This document shows, one piece after another, positions 24,338 through 37,833 of a stretch of DNA of 64,000 nt. Made by a program: the position numbers and the translations under genes. The DNA lies in contig NC_087436.1 of the NCBI RefSeq assembly GCF_036321535.1, positions 116,066,001-116,130,000 of the forward strand. Direction: 5' to 3'. This stretch comes from Camelus dromedarius (Eukaryota). A model generated the notes under the pieces. That model did not search any database, was not told the DNA's origin, and saw nothing but the letters and a program-made list of their open reading frames with translations. The stretch's first letter is position 1; every line of letters begins with the position of its first letter.

Positions 24338-25124
24338 TCACACCAGTCAGAATGGCCATCATTCAAAAGTCCACAAACGATAAATGCTGGAGAGGGTGTG
24401 GAGAAAAGGGAACCCTCCTACACTGTTGGTGGGAATGTAATTTGGGGAAGCCACTGTGGAAAACAGTATGGAGATTCCTTAAAAACTAAAAGTAGACTTA
24501 TCTCATGACCCAGCAATCCCACTCCTGAGCATATATCTGGAGAGAACTCCAATTTGAAAAGATACATGCACCAGAATGTTCATAACATCACTACTTAAAT
24601 AGCCAAGACATGGAAACAACCTAAAAGTCCATGGACAGATGACTGGATAAAGAATTTGTGATATATGTATACAATGGAATACCACTCAGCCATAAAAATT
24701 AATGCCATTTGCAGCAACATGGATGGACCTAGAGATCATCATACTAAGTGAAGTAAGTCAGAGAAAGACAAATGTCATATGATATCACTTATATGTGGAA
24801 TCTAAAAAAAATGAGGCAAATGAACTTATTTATAAAACAGAAGTAGAGTCACAGACATAGAAAACAAATTTATAGTTACCAAAGGGGATATTGGGGGAGG
24901 AATGAATTTGGAGTTTGGGATTAACCAATACAGACTATTATACATAAAATAGATAACCAACAAGACCCTGCAGTACAGCACAAGGAACTATATTCAATAA
25001 CTTGTAATAACCTATAATGAAAAGAATATGAAAAAGAATACACATAGATGTGTAACTGAAACACCATGTTGTACATCAAAAGCTAACAGCATCGTAAGTC
25101 AACTATACTTAATAAAAAATAAAA
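24338..25124 (+). mobile_element. 5'-truncated L1 (ORF2 C-terminus plus 3'UTR)
   Basis: Translates to [33 protein letters not shown] (L1 ORF2 Cys-rich domain); TSD agcagtaatgaa (24324-24335)/agaagtaatgaa (25125-25136). Confidence 0.95.
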
Positions 25125-25435
25125 AGAAGTAATGAACATGATCAGACAAAGCAAAGCAAACTAGGTTCCATCAACGTAAGCACTAGGCCTCCTTCTTTCA
25201 CTAACAGGCTTGTTCATCTTAAAGACCCCACTTTCCTCCTTTGAGTCTTGAGTCATAGTCTGCAGAAAAGCAGGAGGTGAATGAGCTAAGTGATGTCAAA
25301 GCCGTCTTCTCCGCAGCCGTGGCACTGATTGCAAGGGGAGTATGGTCTCTTCTTGGGGCGCAAGGAGATTGTGAGGTGGGGTGGGGTAGAGGGTTCTGAG
25401 TCTGGGAGAGTTGGTGTAATATTGAAAAGAAAGCT

Positions 25436-25610
25436 TATAGCACAGGGAACTATACTCCATATCTTGTAGTAGCTTACGGTGACAGGGAATATGAAAATGA
25501 CTATATGCACATTCACGTGTGACTGAAGCATCGTGCTGCACACCAGAAACTGACGCAACATTGTAAAGTGACTATACTTCACAAATAAAAAACAAAAAAT
25601 CAATCAAAAA
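25436..25610 (+). mobile_element. L1 3' end (camelid type)
   Basis: tatagcacagggaactatactcc...gtgctgcacaccagaaactgacgcaacattgtaaagtgactatacttca + A-rich tail. Confidence 0.9.
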
Positions 25611-27339
25611 ACTAATCAAGAGGCCCGAGCACTAAATTCCAGGGCCAACTCCACCAGCACCCAGTTTTCTCTCCTATGTAATGTAAGAACACTGTAATTG
25701 AATCCATGGCCATGACAGTAAAGGGGGTTTCCAGGGAGGAATGGGCTGGGGGAAAGTTACGTTTCTGAGCATGGTAATGATATTGAAGTCATCTGGGAGA
25801 TCCGTTTAATTGCAAATCGAACAACCAGAGAGAAATTAATCCTGACAGTCTCCTTGAATATCAGAATTCAAAGCAGAGGGTCTTGGATAATATGGCCAAA
25901 ATCCACAGGAGATTTTGACCCATCTTCATTCTCCCAATCTACCCCAGCCCCACCTCTGCCCATTGAGAACCCGGGTCTAGATTATATTCAACTTCTTCTG
26001 TGGTTCTCTGTCTTCACTGACCTACAATTCTATGCACTGTTTTTCCAGGTGCTGGAGCTCTTCAGACACAGGAGAAAGACATGGAACTACCACCATCGCC
26101 ATATTTTCCACCCGCTGTTTTTTCTGGGCCAGGATGCAGACAGGGCTTTATGCCAGTGTGCCCAGGATTCAGGACACTATCCCAGCACAAAGCCACCTCG
26201 GCCTGACGGGCTGAAATGACACAGGCCACCCCAGGACTCAAAGGTAGGATCCTGATGTTCTCAGGCGAACACACGCAAGTGAGAAGTCAAATCTGGCAGC
26301 CACACTGGCTGCCTCCCGCGGTGAGATGCTGGCCGCTGCGAGATTCTCGCAGGTTCCGAAACTCAGTCTTTCCTGACAATTCAGCATCAGGCTCTGACAA
26401 GACAAGCTGCTTCATTATCCATCTGGGAAAGAGGGACAGGCAATTTTGCCGAGGCAGTAATTGTCGATGGGGGAGGTTGCTCTATCCAGGGAAATACGTG
26501 TTGTCTAGCGCCATGTTGGGGCATTAGCAAGTCATTTCCAGGACGGCTCTAAAAAATGAAACCATCTTTATTTGATGCGGTGTCATTACCACTATTTATG
26601 ACTCAGACCAAACATTCAAATCACGGGGAGTTTGAGCAATTCAGCAAATGAGAAGAGACTAGAAAACTAAAGAAAAAGAACAGTTCGGCCATAGGACATC
26701 TCTGCTTTACCAAAGACAATTAACTTTTAAAAAGGAGCATGATTGAAAAATTAGAAGGCGACCTCATGACTTTTACAAGAAAAGGAGGGTCAGAAGACCT
26801 ATACTGAGTGTTACTTTTTGTCAAAAATGAGCTATATTCTTCACATTTGGGATCTTTTTAAATCTGCAAAAGAAAACTTAGAACTGTGTTGATTTTATCG
26901 ATGAAAGTATCGAGGAACAAAACACCAGCATACATTGTGTAAAATGATTTCTCCAAGCTCTTCTAGTGTATAAGTGGGAAGAAAAAACCCTCCTCCTTTT
27001 CTTTCCAGAGCAACCCTGGCTGTGTCTCCTGGTCTAAACTGAAGAATCTTTGTCCTCCCAAGCAAAACATTCCGTGGCCGCCTTCCTGGTTGACTTGGGG
27101 TGATGGTGGTGTCTGGAACAGAGTCTTAGTCACAACCACCAGTCACAGTGCACCTGACCAGATGCTCGTCTGGGAGTCTGACAAGTCATATGTGTGATCT
27201 GGGAATTCTGTTTCCCAGTGACAGAAAACCAACATCAAATTGCCAAAAGTAAAAGGGGAATTTGGTGTCCACCAAATACTGAGGCATTTGAACACAGGGT
27301 TAAATGACTTAATGGGAGAAACATAGGGCCCATTGTTTT

Positions 27340-27482
27340 CTTTTAAACAACTTTGTTGAGGTGTAATTTCTTTACAGTAAGCTATGTATATTCCAGACGT
27401 ACAATGTGATGAATTTTGATGTACACACCTATGAAACCACTGCCACAATCACGATACCTAACATTTCCATCATTCCCTAGAG
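27340..27482 (-). mobile_element. Old L1M(B/C) 3' end
   Basis: aactttgttgaggtgtaattt...tacaatgtgatgaattttga...aaccactgccacaatca...aacatttccatca. Confidence 0.8.
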
Positions 27483-27484
27483 GT

Positions 27485-27782
27485 GCAAATTTCAAATTCC
27501 CAGTTTATCCCTTCCTACCCTCTTTACCCCCTGGTACCCACGAGTCTGTTCTCTATGTCAGTGAGTCTGCTTCTGTTTTGTAAATAAGTTCATATGTCTT
27601 TTTTTTTAGATCCCACATAGAAGTGATATCATATGGTATTTTTTCTTTCTCTTTCTGGCTTACTTCACTTAGAATGGCGATTTCCAGGTCCATCCACATT
27701 GCTGCAAATGGCTTTATTTTATTCTTTTTTGTGGCTGAGTAGTATTCCATTGTGTGTGTATATATATATATACATATATACC
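27485..27782 (-). mobile_element. L1 3'UTR fragment (camelid type) lacking its polyA end
   Basis: tcccagtttatcccttcc...ttacttcacttagaatg...ccatccacattgctgcaaatggc...gagtagtattccattgtg. Confidence 0.88.
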
Positions 27783-28431
27783 AACTGGAACCAGGGGCTC
27801 AGGATGCTGCTACAATGTGTCCTCTTTCTCAGTCTCTACCCCTGCTTGTGCCTATAGTCCCTGCATCACCCTCACTCTCTTGCTACAGATGGGCTTGCTC
27901 CGTGTAGCAGGAAACATGTCTCCCAATCTCTGGGGACGGACTGACTCACATTCCTTCTGGTCCAGACTTAGAAAACAGCTCACCTCCTATTGGGTGCCCA
28001 CCCTTGGGCCATCATCTAAGGCCAAATAAATAGCTCTGTATGATCGTGGTAGCTCCTGTCCTGACAACACACATGAAGTGGGAAAAGAGAACTTTCCAGA
28101 GCAGTAAGACTCCTGGGCTGACCTTACCATTGGCATCCAAGGCACAATGGAGGAGTACAGCCATTGGGCAAGGGAGAAACCTCCACGAAGTCTAATGTAA
28201 ACATTTCAATGTCCTGGGAACTTGCTTACCTTTTCAAACTCCAAGTAGACGGCTGTCAAGACTTCAGAGCATGCACGCACTCAGACATGTACTGGTGCTA
28301 AAATAGAAGAAAAAGGAAGAATAAGATATGCTCTCTACCCTCAGAGTTTACTGCCTGCCAGGGGAAACAGACAAGTATACTAATGATGTCAGTATTTTGA
28401 GCCGAGTGTGTTAATGAGGGTCTGTAGAGGG

Positions 28432-28692
28432 CAGTGTTTTTCATGCTGTATGTTGAGACCCATCGGCAGGTCATTAAATCAATTTAGTAGGCTGCAGACA
28501 GCATTTTAACAAAAAGAAATAAAACAGGCCAGAATATATATCAGTGCGTGTTGCACAGCAGCGAAGACGCAAGCATCCGGTGAAACAAGAGTGCTTCAAT
28601 TGTGTTGGAGGCTGTGAATGTGGAGGTTTGTGTACCAAGTCACGACGTAAAATGCGTCTCTTGCTTGTGTCAGGAGTCTTTGAAAGAAACTG
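28432..28692. mobile_element. hAT-Charlie MITE (Charlie4-like), inserted in antisense L2
   Basis: Terminal cagtgtttttca...tgaaagaaactg; internal gacccat...aaatcaatttagtagg. Confidence 0.7.
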
Positions 28693-28999
28693 ATGTGATG
28701 TGAGCAGGAACACAGAGAAGGGACGCCTAGATGAGACTAGCAGGAGGTGGCAGAGGAAAGGTTTCTGAAGAAGAGAGCGCTTCATCTGAACCCCGGAGAA
28801 AAGGCAGCAATTCCAAGAGAAAGGGCAGCTTGGGAAGAGCCGAGAGGCGTGAGAAAGCAGGGTGGCTTGAAGGAGACTCGCAGCTGAAGAGCAGCAGCTG
28901 GGGACCTCCGACGGGCCAAGCTGTGAGCCAGCTCGTGTGGTTTTCATCTCAAAACCCCTACAACACGTTCTGTCATTCAGCATGAAACCTCAATCCTCC

Positions 29000-29490
29000 A
29001 AATAACCCATAAGACCCCAGGCAACCGGTCCCTCCTTCACAGTTGCCGCCTTGTTCATTCACTTCTTATATTCTAGCTACGCCGACTTCACTCCTGGTCC
29101 CACGTATTCCACCTGCTCCTACCTCGGGACTCTGTGCGTGCTCTTCCATTTGCCTGAAGTGTTCTTCCCCGGATATCTGAATGCCTCCATCTCCTCCTCC
29201 TTCCTATTTCTGCTCACATGTCCCTTATCAGTGAAGCCTTCTCTGAGCGTTCCATGCAAATGCAGAGCCCAGCACCCCCTTTTCCCTTCCTTGCTAGGCT
29301 TGTTTATGCCATTCAACATTTAACATAATTGATTTTTGTCTTATTTCTGTCTTCTGCTCCACTAGGGTGCATGTTTCAAGAAGGCAAAAATTTACAGCTA
29401 CTTTAATCCCTACTGCATTCCCTGATGCTTATTTCAATGCCTTGTATGGGGCAGGAACTCAATACATGTCTGGTGAATAGATTAATGAAT
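29000..29490 (+). mobile_element. L2 3' fragment
   Basis: tgctcacatgtcccttatcagtgaagccttctctga...ggaactcaatacatgtctggtgaat. Confidence 0.75.
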
Positions 29491-30019
29491 TGGGATAATA
29501 ATAGTACTGACTTCATACGGGGGTTGAAGTCTTCAGTAATTGATGACAATAACTTAATATGGTGACTGACATAATAAGTGATCAGCAACTATGAGTTTGT
29601 GCTAATAACAATTCTTAGGCATGGCTGCCTTTGTCTAAGGTGGACACTGAAACGTAGTCTGCATTCTGGGGACAAAAATAAGCAGCAATAATCAGGTGGG
29701 AGCCACAGAATCTAGACATAGCTCTATAAAACAATTTGTTCTGATTCTTTAACGGGAAGCTTTAGGATAACACACCCCATGTAGTTGAAAGTGAATACAA
29801 TTCACCTACGAAATGAGAACTCTAAATTGTTTACTGTCTTCCTGATCAATGCGTTGTGCTACAAATACTGCACAGTAGATTTCTAATGGAAACGTCAATC
29901 TCTTCTTCAATAATGTGGTCAGCTCTAGCCAGATACAACTGAAAGACAAGACTGTAGTTTGCTTTGCCTGGATTTCTTCCTTTCTTTCCTGAAGTTTGGG
30001 GAAGGTGTCCTTTTTTTGG

Positions 30020-30430
30020 CAACAAACGTTTTCAGAGTGCCTAATATATCAAGGCACTGTTCAAGGGAAGAAGGATTCAGCAGCTAAGAAGACAGGCTTG
30101 GTTTCTGCCTTCACAGAGCTTTACTCTGGCAGGAAAGAGGGATAAGCACGTAAGAAATTACAGCAGGAAAGCGTTAGCAGGTGGAAGAACGCATATGCCA
30201 GAAGCAACTAACTTAACTGGGGGTGAGGAAGGAAGATGGGAGAAGATAATTCTTTGCTTCTCAGAAGAGGAGAGGCTTAAGGAGAGGTGTGACGTTATCC
30301 TGGGAAAGATTAACACACAAAACAAAATAAAACAAGAAAATTCTTGGCAGAGAAGCTATCCTGGTAAAGTGAAGGGTGCTTCCAGACGGGTGGGAAATAC
30401 ATATGATGGCTTGAAGCCTGGAGAGTAGCT
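30020..30430 (-). mobile_element. L2 fragment
   Basis: caacaaacgttttcagagtgcctaatatatcaaggcactgttc...ctgccttcacagagcttt. Confidence 0.7.
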
Positions 30431-30804
30431 GAAGGCCTCAGAGTCTTAAACGTTCTGAAAGGTGCTCTTAAAGGTAACACAAGGCTTACCTGCCGTATCA
30501 CACAAATGGCTTGGCCATAATGAGCACAATTTCTCAGACTCTATTAGTGATGGCAGAAAATTCTTAATCTTCCTTTAACATATGTTCAAAGTTAACATTA
30601 AATATTAATAAACAAGATTTGATTATTTTTCTACAGTACACTCTGAAAATATCTCCTGATGACTTTTAAACCCTGCCTAGAATTCTCTGTTTTCCAGGTT
30701 CTGGAATTTTCTGTCTCACTCAGTCACAAGAGCCCACAGCTGCCTTGCACTTTGTATACTGACCTTCTTTCAGAGATTCTTACATATTCATGCATATTAT
30801 GCCT

Positions 30805-31010
30805 TCTCTTTTTCTTTTTCTTTTTTTTTTAATTGAAGTATAGTCCGTTTACAGTGTGTCAGTTTCTGGGGTGCAGCATAGTGCTTCGAGCATCCATGTA
30901 CATACACGTACTCCTTTTCATATTCTTTTGCATTATTGGTTACTACAAGGTATTGACTATAGTTCCCTATACAGTGTGAACTTGCTGTTCATGTATTTTA
31001 TACATACTAG
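30805..31010 (-). mobile_element. L1 3' end (camelid type)
   Basis: T-run + aattgaagtatagtccgtttacagtgtgtcagtttctggggtgcagcatag. Confidence 0.88.
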
Positions 31011-32492
31011 TTAATATTCTCAATAGTCTTCCTCCTTTTTATGAAAAGAGTAACTTACTCGTAGAGACTGAGCCAAACGCAGATCCTGACTGTAGGCACC
31101 ACGTGGGAGCCTTGGCAATTCCTTCCACTATCAAGCCCCAGCTAGGGATGCCCTACAGAGCCCTGGGTAGACTGGCTGATCCCAGGAAATCTACAGTGTA
31201 AGTGCAGAGATAAGGCATGTAAGTATTAAAAGACAAGTAGCAAGACAATGCAAACTTTGTGAGGTGACGAGTGATTCATCCAAAAAGTAATAGAAAATCA
31301 AGAGAAGAAGAGACCATCACAGTCAGAAAGGCATCCTGGAGCAATAACAGTTTGAACCACATCTTGAACCATGAGTAGGATTCTGATAGATGGGTGCCAG
31401 CTGGATAATCCCACCTAGGGCCAGGGAAGGTGGTGGGGGTGGAGGGCAGAGAGGCTGGAGAGAGAGCATGAGTGAAAAAGCTTTGTAGAAACCTGCAGCT
31501 AGTGTTCTGGGGTTCCGTAGAGATTCTCTTGAAGTTAGTCATCTCTTTGCTTGCAAACTTAGATTCATTCATTCATCTAAATGAGGATGTGCTTATTAAA
31601 AACCTAGGATTCTGCAAACTTTTAGGACAGGATTTTAAATCGAACCAAGGAAATATGAAACAATTTTTAACGAGTAAAGGCATGAATCATGATAGTCAGC
31701 TCTTTTACAGTCTGAGCTATTTAAGTTTGAAGCTCAAGAAATTACACATTTAAGTGCCTAAGTAGTCTTCAGTTGACTTTTAATTAACCTCTTTTGCCAT
31801 TTCTCATCCAGGGAAATTGAAAAATATTTTTATAGTCCAACAAAAACCTACTTTATGAAAGAGTTACACAAATTTGAAAGTCACTCATAATAATCTTTCA
31901 GAACATGTGATGTTTGTAGCTGAATCAAGCCAAACTGTATTTATCCCTTATCCGTCCTAGTTATCTTGGCATCACTCTCTTATTAATAAGATTCAGACAA
32001 AGTTCAGCCTTCTGGCACAAAAGTGAAAACCCACGGTGATTTTAAAAATGATTTTCTCTAATCAGGTGGCGTCTCATTAGTTGTGATTCCTTTCTTTTAG
32101 ATTCTGATGTTTGCAGATGCTTTTGAAGGGAGCAAAATTTAAAGCATGCTCTCCCAAGTGTGCACCTGCCTCTTCCGGCAGTTGTCTTCTTCTAGCCTTC
32201 TGGTTTGGAGGAGAGGATTCTTCTTTTTTTTTTTCTACTCAGCTGAATTTAATCTCAAAAAAATGATACCCATGCCTTTTTCTTTAAATCTCTATATGTT
32301 TTTCTTTAAACCTCCACCCCTGTTCAAAAGAAGACGACCATGATCGATTTGCCTTTAAAAAGGATATAAAGGCTATGTCATTCAATTTTTATCTTGAAGA
32401 TAGTAAGTGGAGTCCCCTAGTTCCCTTGGCACCCAAAATAATAAGGTTCTTATGTCTCCCATGGTAACTAGCCACCAAAAAGGATTCCCTAG

Positions 32493-32883
32493 TGTGTCAG
32501 TCAGGGTAGGCTAGGCTGTGCTCTAGTAACAAGTAAACTTTATGATCACAGTGGTTCAGCACAACAGAAGTTGGTTTCTTCCCCATGCAAAGTCTAATGT
32601 GGCTTGTCTGGGATGCTCCTTCATCCAGCAATTCAGGGATACATGCTCTCTTCATCTATAATAGAGCCACTGTAACATGCTGTTTTTAGGGTCCCTTCAG
32701 CACAGGGAGGAAAAGGGAGAAGAAACACACCTTATAACTGCCTCCCCTGGAAGTAACGCGTGTCATTCTGTTTCAGATTCTTTGGACAGAAGGAGTCCCT
32801 TGGCCTCAACCTAATTGCCAGAGCAAGTGGGAAATGAAGGGGGAGCACAGGATGTTTGTCAAGGAATAACCGTCTCTGGATCA
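32493..32883 (-). mobile_element. MaLR solo LTR (MLT1I/J-like)
   Basis: tgtgtcagtcagggtaggctaggctgtgctctagtaacaa...ctggaagtaacgcgtgtca. Confidence 0.75.
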
Positions 32884-32989
32884 GTTAGATAATTGATTAC
32901 ATCTGGGTCTATGCTAAGCCAAGTTCAGAAGAAGCAGATGGAGAACGTGATGTTTTCAAATCATTGTCTGGAAGTAATCTGGACTGCAA

Positions 32990-33205
32990 AGTGTATACAT
33001 TCTGGAGACAGAGTATATATACTGCCTGGCTTACCCCTTTCCAACAATAAGACCTTCAGCAGATCACACGTACACTCTGAGTCTCAGTGTCGTCATCTGT
33101 AAAATGGAAAGAATATTGACAAGGCAGTTGTGAGGATTAGAAATAATCCTCTAAAGCTTCTGGAAAAGGGCCTGGCAAATACTACCTATCCAACTTTAAA
33201 AGTAG
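32990..33205 (+). mobile_element. MIR SINE
   Basis: ctctgagtctcagtgtcgtcatctgtaaaatgg...gttgtgaggattagaaataa. Confidence 0.8.
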
Positions 33206-34129
33206 TAATTATTGGTAACATATTTTATTGATAATAACAAAATGGTGATATCATTATCATCATGCAAAATAATTAGTTTGTTATATTTAATTTACCAAAA
33301 ATAATTAAAACAGTTTTGAAATGTAAGCATCTCTTGAGACTTCCGAGTTGAGTTCAGAGGTGGCCTGGACCCTGCATTGAATTTACTGTTAGCAGGAAAT
33401 ATGATATGTTATTAAATGTAGAATTTCTCATTTTAGATTTAAAAAAAAAAAAAAACAAGCTTTTAAAGCAATTGCAAACTTTTTAAAGGGACATTAATGT
33501 AAGCGGAGATGTGTTTCCATGGCAATGTCTGAACAACACAAAGGGAAGAAGGGAAGGGGCATTTAGTGAGTACACACGTGATGTTAAGCAGTGTGCTTGG
33601 CACTCTGGATCCAAAGTCTGTCTAAAACTCAGGAACACACTATGAGATCAGGAGGATGGTCACCGTTTAATGGAAGAACAAGCGGAGTCAAGGGTAGAGA
33701 GACTTTCCACAACCATTTAACTGTGGCCTGAGTGGGACCTGACCCCACCTTTGCCCGCAGCTCCTGCTCAGCTTCTCTGCACAACTGAGCCTCCTGCAAC
33801 TGCATCTTCTTTGTTTCTCATGCAGAATGTCCCACGTTTTCTCAGCCTCATTCCTCTCTTTGTTCCCACACTTTCTCAGGGCTTCTCCAAGGGTTAACGT
33901 ACGAACCTCCATCTCCAGCCTCATCTCTTACCAGCACCCCAGGTCCCCATTTCCTTCTGACAATAGGATAAGTGTCCTTAGGTGCACCACCTTGCCTACT
34001 CACAGACAGTTCTCTCTTATAGCGGAAAGCCTGTGATAAAAACGCGGAGGGTGGTGGCGCACCGCAGTCCCCTTGCCGAACCATCCTGCGGAGGGTCAGT
34101 TAGGCAAGAATCATCAACAGAGGCCCCGT

Positions 34130-34950
34130 CTGGGGGAAACGTGGTGAGGAAGAGAATACATGCACGGTCTCAAAGGGTCACTCATTGAGAAGGGAAAGAC
34201 AGTCACTACTCAGTGATGAAAACAGATGACACGCTGGCTGTGTGATCAAAATCTCCCTTAGCAATGAGCAGCGGTGGGGCGACCGCAGCCTCTGGATGGG
34301 ATGCACTGAGGAGGAAACGCTGCCGCTGATGAATAACCTGAATCTAATCATCAGGAAACATGGGACAAACGCATGCTGAAGGGTAGCCGACAACTGGCCT
34401 GGATTCTTCCAAAAGGTCAACGTACGGAAGTGGGAAGGACTGAGGAACCTTCCAGATTGAAGAGGCTAAATAGACACGGCCACTAAATGGACCAGATCCT
34501 GCACTGAAGGGGACAGGGCTTCAAGGACACTAACCAGACAATTAACAAATATGGGACATTGGAAGGTAAATCTGATGAAAGAGTTGTAATGATGTCACAT
34601 TTCCTAAATGCCACAGTATTGTGGTTATTTAAGAGAACATTCTTATTCTTAGGAATTATAGACTGAAATCATAATAAGTAAAACAGCAGAATGCATGTGA
34701 TCCTCTTTCAAATGGTTCGGAAAAACAAATCATCATTTTAGAATTCATAATTTGCACACACATATCTGCATAATATATGTATGTGTGTGTATATATTTGT
34801 ATATCTATTTATATAAAGAGAAGATGATGAAGCGAATGTGGCAAAATGCTAAAAACTGGTGAGTCTGGCAGGCGTGTATGCAGAAGTTCTCTAGAGAGAC
34901 TGTTTTCTCAGCAATTCAATGAGCTTTAGAAGCTTAAACAAATTGAAGTT
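34130..34950 (+). mobile_element. L1MC/L1ME 3'UTR fragment
   Basis: ataacctgaatctaatcatcaggaaacat...aactggcctggattcttc...aatgtggcaaaatgctaaaaactggtgagtctgg. Confidence 0.8.
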
Positions 34951-37576
34951 TCTATTAATAGTGAGTAATTACTGTGTGCCCATCATTTGCTACAGCATGT
35001 CCTCGGCAGGTCACAGGCATTCTTTCTACACTTTCTAAAAAGCTCTGGATGTGGAAATGTGTCTTCATTTTCATGTGTAGATATGAGGAAATTAAAACAA
35101 GATACTCACTGCAGGACGTGGCAGGATCCCAGATTTGAATTCAGACCAGGCTCACTTCCCCTCGCTAGAAAGGACAGTTCCCTTGAGGTCAGGCAGGAAG
35201 AGGCGGGGCTTCACCTTTCTGGAGCTCACAGCCCACAGGGAGGGTAGAGGGGGGAAGAACAGGTAGGAACCGGATGCCGCAGAGTGCTGTGACGGTGCTG
35301 CTACATTCTCCCAGCCACTGTTTATTGAACACTTCCTACACACCAGTGCCGGGGGGTCATGGTGAGCTCTCTGGGACCAGAGCTGTGGACGGCAGAGCCC
35401 CGGGCTCCACCCTCCCAGAGCTCCCACTGCAGGGGATGTGATGGCGCTGGTGAACACAAGCACTGCAGAGAGCACCTGGATGAGCATCTCACCTGGACCA
35501 GGAGGCTGAGGCAGGCTTCTCAGGGAGGACGCTACTGCTGCCCTGATGGATTTCAGAGATGGGTGAACCTGTGAAACCTTGCTCGCCTCTGTGTTCTAAA
35601 GCCGGGCACATGGGGAATTCACCAGCTGGTGAACTTGGAGAAAGGATATAAAGGTGTTCTCTACTGTGTGCAGAGGCACTATTTCTCACTGAATGAGTGA
35701 ATGAATGAGTGAGTGAGTGAATAAATCCCCACCTGTGACTGCAAGGAGCCCAGTGGGATGAGCTGTCCTACAGGGGAGCCTCTCTGTCCTTCTTCCCGGT
35801 CACCAGAGGGAGGGGGCCGGTCCCAGCAAGCCTTTCCCTCCCTCACTGATCCAGCAGTGAGAAGAATTTGAGGGCGTCGGCTCATGACTAACCCCAGTCA
35901 GGGGGCTTCCTGATCACCCTGGCTTCTGTGATATGCTTTTCAATTAGAGGAAATACTTTACTAAGAAAAGCCGTTCAGCTCAATCTCTTATTCACTTTCT
36001 CTCTTTTTTTTTTTTTTCTTCCTGAGTTGCTCAATACTTTCTCAAGCTCTTATTTTCACAGAGGAAAGCTGGGCCACCTTCCCGAAGCTTGCCTTGGGTT
36101 TTGTCCTTGCCAATGTCGTGTGAAGCCAGCAGACCACGTGCCTCTCTCGGTCGGAAGCAACGGCCTTCGGCTCCAGCCAAAGATCACAATCATTGTCATA
36201 ACAAAACTATGCACTTCCAGTTCTGCTCGGTGTTTTTCCTCACATGCTCTCTTTTCATGTACAGAGTAGACTTACGAGGATGTGAAAGACCCTTGCGGAT
36301 AAAATGCCTGGGGATTTCTGCATCCCTTTGGCTGATGCCTCAGAAGCCCCCAGGGGAGCCCCCTTGGGGCAGGAAGCCCTGCTGACTCATTTCTCTGAAC
36401 TTTGCTCAGCCAACCAGGCCAGCCAACTCAGCTCTTGCTTGTCTGTGTTCCCTATAATGGAGTTCCGAGTTCCAAGTTCCAGGTGAGGTATGTTTCACTT
36501 GATAAATAGATCTCATAGCTAGAAGAAAAAAAAAAAAAAGGTGGGAGACTAGTAATCAGCAAAGTTACAATATCATCCTATTGTTGGTAAGGAAATACAT
36601 GCCTAGTAAAGTAGATCGTTTCATTTGCCTAAAATAACAAAACTAATTCGGGGCAGAGCAGAAACTGAGTCCTCATTCTGATTTCTACTCTAGAACATGT
36701 GATGGTTGCATCTGGCTAAACCAGTCACAGTGAATGAAAAGGACCAGTGATTGGGCCCAGGAGGGAAGAAAATAACAATTAAAAATATCCGGAAAGCTGA
36801 ATTTCTGACATGCCCTCCCCCACCCCCAACCCCCGCTTCCTGTGCCTGACTCTCGGATCTGAGTTCCTGACTCTGGAGAGGTTATAGAAGCCATGGTGCA
36901 GCCACCTCTTTCTTCCGGACGGAGCTCCACTTCCCTTGCTAGGAACCCCTCTGGCTGTGGGAGCGCAGGGCCCTCTGTTCCGGCTCCTGCATGTTCTTCC
37001 AGGTGGGAGCTACCTTGTCACGTTTACACACCCCCCCTCCCCCGTCCTTATGAACTGAAAGACTAGATCTGAGGCTTACCTGAAACCACCCATGGGAACA
37101 CTTTCTTTCTAATGTAAAACAACAAGGCTTTATAATGTTTAAGTTGCTCCAAGCTTCCTTGCAGGGAGCACAGAAAGACAGTCAGCTTCTGGATGAAGGA
37201 AACAAGTCTCCTCCACAACTTTCAAAAATCATCAGAAGGGTCCCCAAGCTGCATGAGGTTCCGTGGAGAATGCGAACTCAGGTGTAGGTCAGCCTCCTCC
37301 TGTGCAAGAATGACGGGCCTGGCGATGCTCCCCGGGGACAGGGCCCCCAGTGACACTCTGTGTGCCACCCAGAGGCACTGGGCCAGGAGGCGGGCCATGT
37401 CTGCAACTGAATTGCACTTCTAGGAGGTCCAAGGGGTGATTATTCCCAAGCATTCAGCAGACTCAGCACATTTTTAAACACACTTTTTCTTCCTATAAAG
37501 AAAAAGATGTTGGCTTGTAGCTTCCTTACCTGTAATTTCTTAGAATGGTTTTCATACTCTTCCTTTTTAATATCTC

Positions 37577-37627
37577 TTCCTTCTTCCTTCCTTCCTTCCT
37601 TCCTTCCTTCCTTCTTTACTTCCTTCC
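37577..37627. repeat. (CTTC)n microsatellite
   Basis: ttccttcttccttccttccttccttccttccttccttc. Confidence 0.9.
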
Positions 37628-37754
37628 TCTGGTAATCTTCCTCTCTCTCTCTTTGGCCAAAACAATACCATTTTTTTCCTGTTCAATCCCTGAAGACAGC
37701 ACCAAATTACATTTATTTTTAAATGATGACAACAGTGGAATTACTGAGAACCAT

Positions 37755-37833
37755 TTAAAAAGAATGGTTAAAAACTGAAAGTTCGCAGAGTTGATTCTCC
37801 ATGAAATGATACTGATTTGATAGATCCAGGGGC
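37755..37833 (+). repeat. 79-bp dispersed direct repeat, copy 1
   Basis: 75/79 identical without gaps to 39390-39468; last 48 bp identical. Confidence 0.95.

Noticed and set aside
24338..24700. Functional L1 ORF2 CDS
   Set aside because: Only the C-terminal remnant is present; it is 5'-truncated and disrupted.
21281..26566. Shared 16-mer aaaaaatgaaaccatc at ~21281 and ~26551
   Set aside because: Short and A-rich; such a match is plausible by chance in 64 kb.
28740..28753. CTCF-like GCAGGAGGTGGCAG
   Set aside because: Two core mismatches, and it lies within a degraded L2; weaker than the two motifs reported.
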